From Methanobacteriota archaeon (lineage in GTDB: Archaea; Thermoplasmatota; Poseidoniia; Poseidoniales; Thalassarchaeaceae), in NCBI GenBank assembly GCA_016845365.1, contig JAERST010000001.1, positions 79,666 to 143,665 on the forward strand: DNA of 64,000 bases, written 5' to 3'. The position numbers and the translations under genes were made by a program. Positions 9,901 to 16,125 of the stretch are shown here, one piece after another. Position 1 is the first letter of the stretch. Every line of letters starts with the position of its first letter. The notes beneath the pieces are model-generated. The model had not been told where the DNA came from. It made no database searches and saw nothing but the letters and a program-made list of their open reading frames with translations.

Positions 9901-10284
9901 GATTCCATCGTCGCGTAACTTCTTGATTTCCCACGGCAGGATTGTCCCGCCACCGCCTCCGCAAAGGAATACGTGGTCGAATCCTGCCTCATCGAGGAGT
10001 TCCTTGGTGTGGGTGAACATCTCGACCGCGCCGCCTTGGTAGGATGTGATTGCAATCGCATGAGCATCCTCCTGAATCGCTGCCCGCGCCACCTCATCGG
10101 CGCCGCGGTCGTGGCCGAGGTGGATGACTTCGCAACCCATCGATTGGAAGATTCGCCGGAAGATTCCGATTGCAGCATCATGTCCGTCGAAGATCGCCGC
10201 TGCGGTCACAACCCGCAGCGGCGTGCTCGGCTCAGCCTCCGCCTTCTCTGAAGGCGAATCTGGGGCCTGAGCCTCGCTCACCAT
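6979..10284 (-). CDS. icmF: IcmF-type fused acyl-CoA mutase (B12-binding domain - MeaB-like GTPase - mutase TIM-barrel domain)
   Basis: 1101 aa. N-terminal B12 domain (AAIFDGHDAAIGIF...ITSYQGG), P-loop GLTGTGGAGKSSL plus NKFD of the MeaB/ArgK GTPase, and a C-terminal methylmalonyl-CoA-mutase-like catalytic domain. This domain order is diagnostic of IcmF rather than a split MCM. Confidence 0.8.
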   Translation of the reverse strand: MVSEAQAPDSPSEKAEAEPSTPLRVVTAAAIFDGHDAAIGIFRRIFQSMGCEVIHLGHDRGADEVARAAIQEDAHAIAITSYQGGAVEMFTHTKELLDEAGFDHVFLCGGGGGTILPWEIKKLRDDGIARIYSPDDGREMGLTGMVGDAIAEASGTDLLASARFNSLSGPVSADQHGAVAKLLTLAENADDEHFRTVLKRVRSVEQSKASPVVGLTGTGGAGKSSLTDELMLRIQRDNPGAKVALLATDPTRKRTGGALLGDRIRMNSLADDNLFMRSFASRASGREIADCIDRAIEACQAVGFDLILVETSGIGQGNDAITEVADLSMYVTTREYGAPSQLEKLAALDFADIVVLNKFDRPGAEDALTEIRKQFKRNREMWDAKNEDLPVIPTIASQFADAGVDQLWQKLATQLNEQHGQAFEAAEARLGPDGLPHRSAPIPPERQGYLAEVAASVRDYHARTQEASRNVRLVQQLEAAAQQMRKSNRLTSAADLTAEAEEVRKRVPASAWEMLKEFDERAAAYRSGQASYTVRGKDIPVETTTETLSGLDMPRVALPDTQDWGEKMAWIRAENVPGAFPFTAGVFPFKREDEIPIRMFAGEGSAERTNKRFHFLSEGQPFNRLSTAFDSPSLYGRDPQTRLDIFGKVCESGVSISTVDEMDLLFEGFDLCAPNTSTSKTINGNYWWHLAAFFNVAIRQQIRQFEQQNGRPPNDAEKAELKATALSTVRGTVQADQLKESMGQNTLVFNLDTALRMMGDVAEFYVQNNVRNHYFVSISGYHIAEAGANPITQAALTLSNGLTYVELFRARGLDPDKFLRNFSWFFSNGMDPEYAVIGRVARRIWAIAMRDIYGVGHRGQQLKYHIQSSGRSLHAQEFTFNDYRTTLQALYALADNANSLHTNSRDEAFGTPTEETVRDSMAIQMILSKEYGLLANENPMQGSHLSTWLTDQVEEEILRIFEEMHRRGGVLGSLEVNYQRNRIQDESMVYEHRKHSGELPIVGVNTFINPDAASLSADEADAFDVDVTRSDEAERMMVIERNEAFRAEHAAKAEEGLARLKQVARDGGNLFEVMMDIVEYCSVGQVTQALFETGGKFRRNM

Positions 10285-10328
10285 GCAACTGCGACCTCCA
10301 AATCACAAATGAATGAACCGACGAGGAT

Positions 10329-10961
10329 TCAATCGGTCCGTAGGACCGATTCCTCGTCGTATTTCTCGAGGAATGCGTCTGAAAGCAAATTTAGCCGATT
10401 CTCCAAAGCAGCATCTTTGTAACCCGATTCAGCCAACACATCCTCGGCATCCTTAATCTCTCGAAGATGATCCATTTGACTCCCCACTTTTTGGACGGTT
10501 TCAGACCAGCGGCCGTATAGTTCGGTATTCTCGTAGACCGTGGCGAAGAAAGCATCGAGAGTTTTTTTCTCTGCCAATTCAGAACTTGTTTTTACTTCAA
10601 AACAATTCAATTCTTCATTAATTCCGATATGAGAACCAAAAGTCCCAATCGCGTTCCGATCATTTAGCCGTTCCAAGGCTTGAGTCATCAATGGAGTATC
10701 CTCGTTCTCGATAGTCCACCGGGATCTCGAACTTACTAGAAAATCAGATTTATCATGAAATTTAACTTCCATTTCCCATTTTTCAAAATCATTTTCAAAG
10801 GGCGTAATAAACGCTTGATTTCTATTATCTACAAGAATATCCCAATTTCTTTTTCGTAATTGAGTAGCCAATGATTTGAACCCCCGAATCTCCCCAGATG
10901 CACCTGATTGAACCATTGTACCGCTAAGAAATTCAAACTCCTCTCTTTTGGGTCTTTCCAA
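10329..10961 (-). CDS. hypothetical protein (A+T-rich gene at the island edge)
   Basis: 210-aa ORF with no motif recognised. Composition clearly differs from the neighbouring icmF. Confidence 0.5.
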   Translation of the reverse strand: MERPKREEFEFLSGTMVQSGASGEIRGFKSLATQLRKRNWDILVDNRNQAFITPFENDFEKWEMEVKFHDKSDFLVSSRSRWTIENEDTPLMTQALERLNDRNAIGTFGSHIGINEELNCFEVKTSSELAEKKTLDAFFATVYENTELYGRWSETVQKVGSQMDHLREIKDAEDVLAESGYKDAALENRLNLLSDAFLEKYDEESVLRTD

Positions 10962-11200
10962 GACCCGTATCTCTTTTCACTTTCATTTTGAGTGGTTATA
11001 AAGACACAACAAGGGGGTTTCTGAGAGGGTCGAGAATTCGCAAATTCCTGTCACGACGGGCCGACGAGGGGCACAGACAGGGCGAAAACTCGTTCCTTCA
11101 TATACACTGGAAGTAGATGATAGGTTATGCTGCAGAGCACAGAGACGAAAACACACGCGTCGATTGGGATGCACGCATCGGTTGAAGACAAGGAGGTAGT

Positions 11201-11419
11201 TTGGTGAGCGAAGTCACAACAGACGTGATGATCGCCGACCGTACGGGCCATACCACCCTCCAACTCACCCAGCAGGAGACCCTTGACAGGGTCGCTGGGA
11301 TGGAGGGTGCCTGGGTCTTCGCAGGAGACAGGATGGTGCAGCCAGCTGAGCTGGCGAACACCGACTGGGGTACTGTGGGGACTGTCAGGGTGGTGCCTGG
11401 ACTAGTCGGTGGTAACTGA
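11201..11419 (+). CDS. ubiquitin-like / ThiS-MoaD-like beta-grasp protein ending ...VVPGLVGG-N
   Basis: 72 aa (TTG 11201 or GTG 11204 start). AGGAGG at 11191-11196. The C-terminal diglycine is followed by a single Asn and then the stop codon. An E1::JAB gene lies 110 nt downstream. Confidence 0.6.
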   Translation: MVSEVTTDVMIADRTGHTTLQLTQQETLDRVAGMEGAWVFAGDRMVQPAELANTDWGTVGTVRVVPGLVGGN

Positions 11420-11436
11420 CGGTCTTCAACCGATCC

Positions 11437-11499
11437 GGCGACTCTGTCGCCGCAGATCCACGTAAGGCGCCGCACAGTTGGAGCAATCCGACTGTGCGG
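11437..11499 (+). promoter_or_regulatory. two hairpins in the Ubl-E1 spacer
   Basis: ggcgac-tct-gtcgcc (11437-11451) and ccgcacag-N14-ctgtgcgg (11470-11499), followed by GGAGAGTGA and the ATG at 11530. Confidence 0.3.
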
Positions 11500-11529
11500 T
11501 TGCCGCGAAAACATAGGAGAGTGAATTGA

Positions 11530-12738
11530 ATGAGGTCATATGAACAGAATGCTTGGACAAAGGGTGAGATTGTAATTACGGTAATTGGAGCCGGTGGAAT
11601 TGGCTCAAATCTTGTGCCGCACCTCGCGCGCGCGTTGCGTTGTGGTGAGTTGATCGGCAAGGTCGGTCCGGTGAGATTGCGAGTTATCGATGGTGATTAT
11701 GTTGAGGAACGCAATCTTCAGCATCAGAATTTCACATCGGAAAATGTCGATTCTTACAAGACCGAATCAATCGTCAGACCTCTTTGGAATTGTCATCATA
11801 CCTTATTCACAATCGAATCGATTCCCGAAAATGTTCGAACTCCAACTTTCATCGCGACTTCTGACCTCGTCCTCGTCGCTGTAGATTCGATGGAAGTTCG
11901 TCGTCTGGTTCATCGGTACGCAGACACTTGGTTGGACTTGCGCTGCCAAGGCGATGGTTACATCGCTCTTGACCACAGAGTTGACCCTGTAATCGTCTCA
12001 AAGCTCACGCCGCTGAATGGGGAGTCGACCTCTTGCCAATTGCCAGGGGCTCTCAAGTCTGGCAACATTCAGTTCGGCCATCTTCTCGCGGGGGCTCATG
12101 GTGCGCAGTGGGTACTGCAGTATCTCCGCTACTTCGCTGGTGAGGTGAACGCTCAACCTCCTGCGCCGCAGACTGCGAACATTACCTTCGGAACGCTCGG
12201 TCGCTTCGAACTACACTCTCCAAACCTCGAACCTCGCACAGACGTTGAACCGCAGATTCACAGCGATGATTTGTTGGAGATATTTGTCGAATCGGAGGAG
12301 CATGATTCCGTACCGATTCGGGAGACTCTTACGGCTCACGCAGTGAGCCGCGATTACCAGAGTCTGTGGAACCTCGCGGACCGTCTGGGCCGCGAGGTCA
12401 GCATCCTCTTCGATGCTGACGACAAGGTGTGGGTTGATGTTGGTACAGCCGGACAAGTCCGGCTAGCTCCTCCAGAGGGTGCGCGGATTCCGTTCAAGTT
12501 GTGGATTCACACGCATCCGCGCGATGCATATTGGAGCGCCACAGACCAAGATTCATTGCTCAGATTCAGCGGAATCCTGCAAGAGGCTCTGGTCCTCGGC
12601 CATGACCATCTGAAGAGGGCGGTCCATCTTGCCGAGCCGACAGATGAGTGCATCGAGAAAGGCTCGGCACTCGAATTCTGGACTGACGAGGAAATCACAC
12701 TCTACAGTGAGATGGAGGTAGTCGCAGATGGATCCTGA
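11530..12738 (+). CDS. E1-like (ThiF/MoeB/UBA adenylation domain) fused to a C-terminal JAB/MPN+ (JAMM) metallopeptidase
   Basis: N-half has GAGGIGS (GxGxxG), IDGDYVEERNLQHQ (DxDxV...NLxxQ) and VAVDS. C-half has E289 (GREVSILF) and H327-T-H329-PRDAYW-S336-AT-D339 (nt 12508-12546). No CxxC zinc pairs of the MoeB/UbaA type. Confidence 0.75.
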   Translation: MRSYEQNAWTKGEIVITVIGAGGIGSNLVPHLARALRCGELIGKVGPVRLRVIDGDYVEERNLQHQNFTSENVDSYKTESIVRPLWNCHHTLFTIESIPENVRTPTFIATSDLVLVAVDSMEVRRLVHRYADTWLDLRCQGDGYIALDHRVDPVIVSKLTPLNGESTSCQLPGALKSGNIQFGHLLAGAHGAQWVLQYLRYFAGEVNAQPPAPQTANITFGTLGRFELHSPNLEPRTDVEPQIHSDDLLEIFVESEEHDSVPIRETLTAHAVSRDYQSLWNLADRLGREVSILFDADDKVWVDVGTAGQVRLAPPEGARIPFKLWIHTHPRDAYWSATDQDSLLRFSGILQEALVLGHDHLKRAVHLAEPTDECIEKGSALEFWTDEEITLYSEMEVVADGS

Positions 12739-12967
12739 GATCTCCGCAGCCATGCTCCGAGTCCAGCGAGCGCTGGACGCTCGAGAGCCGAATCAAGTCG
12801 GCTTGAAAATTCCAGCTTTGGTCAATGCGATCATCGATGAGGAAGCAGATGAGGAACTCATCGATCTTGTCCGGTCAGCCATGAGTTCAAAAGAGACGCC
12901 TGTCACTATGCCTGAGGTGATTGAAGGGGTCCTTGGTCTGGTCCGCTGGCGTCAGTCCGCGGCCTAA
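12728..12967 (+). CDS. small acidic helical protein, overlaps the E1::JAB stop by 11 nt
   Basis: 79 aa with no Cys. The overlap suggests translational coupling. A hairpin follows at 12985-13000. Confidence 0.45.
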   Translation: MDPEISAAMLRVQRALDAREPNQVGLKIPALVNAIIDEEADEELIDLVRSAMSSKETPVTMPEVIEGVLGLVRWRQSAA

Positions 12968-12984
12968 GGCCGCGACGCGTGAGA

Positions 12985-13000
12985 GGCCCGGAAACGGGCC
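12985..13000 (+). terminator. GC hairpin ggcccg-gaaa-cgggcc after the Ubl/E1 operon; T-rich run about 100 nt downstream
   Basis: Perfect 6-bp stem with a GAAA loop read directly. Located 18 nt after the stop at 12967. Confidence 0.35.
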
Positions 13001-13172
13001 GAAAACCACCTGATGTGATGGGCAATACTGCCTACCATTATAGGCTAGTAGGGGGCCGGTGATAATCCGGCTCGGGGCAGGAACCTCTCGGAGCAGTTAT
13101 TTTTACCCCAATAATAAGACAAATCCGATATTTCCTGCAATTAGCCAACAAAAGAAATTAGAGGTCATTTAC

Positions 13173-14153
13173 ATGCCAAATTGCTATATTTGTAACAGTA
13201 TTGAAGTAAGAATCGAGAATGATTTGTTCATTTGTTCAGCCTGTGGGTTTGAACAGAATTTGAACTCAACAGAATCTGACTGGGAAAGCGGTCAACGAAT
13301 ACCGAACATCAATCAGTTGACCGCGGTAAATCCCAATCAACTTGGGGGGGCGAGAATCGATGCCAACCACCCCGACGCTCGGCGTAATAGAGTTCTTCGC
13401 CGCCTAATCAGAGCAGAACGAATTGCAGGCGATGGTCAATCCAAACGATTCCTCTCCGAGATACTCGATGAGGTGACTAAACTCGACCTTTCAATCGAGA
13501 TTAAGCAGCGAATCGTCAGGATGTTGCACGAGATAATCAGGTTGCATGGGAAAGGTCTGGGTTGGATTCGTCACCGACCACAGGGAGTGATGACCAAGGA
13601 GGAGTACGAATTGATGACGCGACGTGCATTCATATTGATAGCAATGCAGAAGCTAAACGAAATCGAAGTACCAATAAACGTGCTTCAATACGAGCAAGAA
13701 TGGCAGGTCGAGCCAATCTTCTTCAATCGTGTGAAGAAGGTTCTGGATAAGGCATTGAAATTGGCCGGGAACGGTGGCGCGGCACCCGAAAAGTGTGGAA
13801 TTCGCGAAGCCAATGAGAGGCGACGTCAACAACTCTTGAATCATTTGAACTCCTTGAGAGACTTGGTAGCAAAGCATCTCGGCCATTCGACCGCCAGCAG
13901 GGTTTACACTCAGTCCATTTCCTTACTCAAACAACTCGGCGAACCGATGGATGGTTCTGATTTTGAGAACCTCGGCGAGACTTGCAATATGAAGCCGACC
14001 AAGCTTATTCCCCAAGTCATTGATGCAGCAATGTACATCCTCAACATTCCTTCCCATGACATTCGTCAGGTACGCCGCGAACTCAATCTCCCGAACCGTC
14101 GAGTTCCAGATGCGATGAAGTGGCTGACATCTGCCGATGTAGAAGAAGAGTGA
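13173..14153 (+). CDS. divergent TFB/TFIIB-like protein (N-terminal zinc ribbon plus helical, cyclin-like body)
   Basis: Start placed at MPNCYICNS...FICSACGF (CxxC-x13-CxxC ribbon). At 326 aa it matches TFB length. Helical repeats such as LDLSIEIKQRIVRMLHEIIRLHGKG...AFILIAMQKLNEIEVPINVL resemble TFB cyclin-fold segments. Confidence 0.45.
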   Translation: MPNCYICNSIEVRIENDLFICSACGFEQNLNSTESDWESGQRIPNINQLTAVNPNQLGGARIDANHPDARRNRVLRRLIRAERIAGDGQSKRFLSEILDEVTKLDLSIEIKQRIVRMLHEIIRLHGKGLGWIRHRPQGVMTKEEYELMTRRAFILIAMQKLNEIEVPINVLQYEQEWQVEPIFFNRVKKVLDKALKLAGNGGAAPEKCGIREANERRRQQLLNHLNSLRDLVAKHLGHSTASRVYTQSISLLKQLGEPMDGSDFENLGETCNMKPTKLIPQVIDAAMYILNIPSHDIRQVRRELNLPNRRVPDAMKWLTSADVEEE

Positions 14154-14217
14154 ACCTCCTCTTCACGCCCTCGCGTTCTCGTAGACTCGCCGACCGGCCA
14201 CTAGCCGCGTTCGTGGT

Positions 14218-16125
14218 TCATTCGTCTAGAGGCCGGTTTAGGATCTCACCCAATTGTCCAACTCCTGGGTCCATGCGCTCAAAGTTGGCCCAAGCAGGAC
14301 CGGGCATCAGGCGCATCCTCTGTCTGATGGTAATCAGCGGTTCGAGTAACTCGCCGAATTGATGTACAAATTCACCTAAATCTCTCTGCGGGAATCTAAC
14401 TCGAGTGAACATGTCTCTCCTAGGTCGGCGTACGCCGTGTTCATTGACGTCCTCCACTCTCTCCCAACCAGCTGCTCGAAGCATAGTTTCACTGAGTTCA
14501 TGCTCCAATACGTTTCTAATCCTCAAGGTTGTGTCACATTCGGCAAATTCGATTCGGTACATATCATCACCCCTGCCATCAGCGAAAGCTAGTCTTGAGT
14601 TGAGAGGAAGGCGCAGAAGAACACTCCAAAATCGTGGGAAAATCACTGTAGCTCGAACTGCCATTCGTTCTGCCTGATTACGAGCTCGTATCTCTTCATC
14701 CAGCTCTTGGTCGTCCACTCTCGCTCGGTCCCGGTCTCTCCTCGCTCTATTCTCCACACGTTGGAAATTTTCATTCATAATCTGTCGAAGAACAGGCTGC
14801 AGAGTATCGATGTGAGCAGCGGAGCCGATATCATCGAGAAGACTGAGGATGACCGTACCAATCGCATCACCGAGGACTAAGGCTCGTAATTCATCAGTCT
14901 CTACTACGCAGAGGTGTTCTCGTGGGTGACTCGTTCGAGCGGAATGGCCATTGATTTCCCGTGGGCGAACTCTGAACCTACTCCCATGCGGGCCAGGACC
15001 TGGTGTAACGCTCCAGAGAACACCGGAAATGCCGCGTACCATGAATTGATTATTCTCTGAGTCAATTCGTACTTTCTCATTGTCGGTAATCGCACGAAGG
15101 AATTCGACGCCTCTCCGGTTCTCCTCATCCAAATGTAAGTCTGGAGGCGTCAGGAGACCATACTGCAAACATCGTAGGAATTGATGTTCGGGATGTGCGA
15201 CCGGTGAGAGTGCCCAGTTTAGTATCCTGGCGATCAGAATTGGGTCTGCAGGAAGTCTGCGAGTCATCCATTTCATTCCATTGCGCATTTTCAGCAATAA
15301 GCGTCCCTTCTTGATTGAGAAGCTGAGGCAAACAAGAGGCCTCCTTTCACCATAATTAGCATGTGAAATTGTCCCATCCCATCGTTTGAACCACTCGAGA
15401 TTCTCAATAAGGGAGCGGGGAATGCCGATTTCCATTCCTCGATTCATGCGGTTTAGGTAGGCTCTGTTAGGTTCTGTTCCCTCATCGAAGCGTGAAGGTT
15501 TGAGATAGAAGGTAACCGGATGATAAGAAATCTCTCTACCGTATTCCCCCTGCCTTCCTCTGAATTGTCGCAAACGCATCTGATTCGGAGAAAAACGCGA
15601 GGAAGCCACATTCATTGATACTAACAACGCCTTCCAATTGATTTGGTCAGCATCGTGGCGCTCTAGCATTTTCTCAAGTGTTAGGTATGGGACTGAGAGT
15701 GGAACTCCATCGAGCCAAAATTGATCATCGGCCCAAGTCAAGTAACTTCCATCTGGAAGAATGCCGCCACGTTGTAATCTCCTTCGCGCCGAAAAATCAT
15801 CCGAGAATATCCGTCCGCGCTCGATTTCAGCCTTCATCTCATCATCGAGCGCCCAAGGTTGAGGTGGATCGATTATCCAATGAGAGTCAGCAAGCTTCTG
15901 CGGATTGAGAACCCACCAGATATCGGTGCCTTCAGAGGAGTCGAGGGCAGACCAGAATTCACCCCTGTGGCCGCGCTCAAGTCGGATGCTAGCCGCGGCC
16001 TCATCCATCGAATTTTCATCGGGCATCAATTCCATCGAGCGCCCATGAAGGGCGGGAATGAGGATATGGCAAATATCACAGAAGGTATCTCCCGAGTCTA
16101 CTCCACAGCCTTTACACGAACTCAT
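14218..16125 (-). CDS. large Zn-knuckle protein, paralog A (635 aa), with a UBC-like H-P...C segment
   Basis: N-terminal CKGC-x9-CDIC-H. Internal TSHPREHLCVVETDELRALVLGDAIGTVILSLLDD (Cys406 codon at 14908-14910). Start overlaps the stop of the upstream paralog (ATGA at 16122-16125). Confidence 0.65.
   Translation of the reverse strand: MSSCKGCGVDSGDTFCDICHILIPALHGRSMELMPDENSMDEAAASIRLERGHRGEFWSALDSSEGTDIWWVLNPQKLADSHWIIDPPQPWALDDEMKAEIERGRIFSDDFSARRRLQRGGILPDGSYLTWADDQFWLDGVPLSVPYLTLEKMLERHDADQINWKALLVSMNVASSRFSPNQMRLRQFRGRQGEYGREISYHPVTFYLKPSRFDEGTEPNRAYLNRMNRGMEIGIPRSLIENLEWFKRWDGTISHANYGERRPLVCLSFSIKKGRLLLKMRNGMKWMTRRLPADPILIARILNWALSPVAHPEHQFLRCLQYGLLTPPDLHLDEENRRGVEFLRAITDNEKVRIDSENNQFMVRGISGVLWSVTPGPGPHGSRFRVRPREINGHSARTSHPREHLCVVETDELRALVLGDAIGTVILSLLDDIGSAAHIDTLQPVLRQIMNENFQRVENRARRDRDRARVDDQELDEEIRARNQAERMAVRATVIFPRFWSVLLRLPLNSRLAFADGRGDDMYRIEFAECDTTLRIRNVLEHELSETMLRAAGWERVEDVNEHGVRRPRRDMFTRVRFPQRDLGEFVHQFGELLEPLITIRQRMRLMPGPAWANFERMDPGVGQLGEILNRPLDE

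Noticed and set aside
12728-12967. The 79-aa ORF as the missing E2 of the Ubl system
   Set aside because: It has no cysteine and is too short for a UBC fold. It is kept only as an accessory ORF.
13059-13172. Upstream extension of the TFB-like ORF (MIIRLGAGTS...)
   Set aside because: The extension runs through A/T-rich promoter-like DNA. The Zn-ribbon begins at the internal MPNCYIC, which is preceded by a GAGG box.
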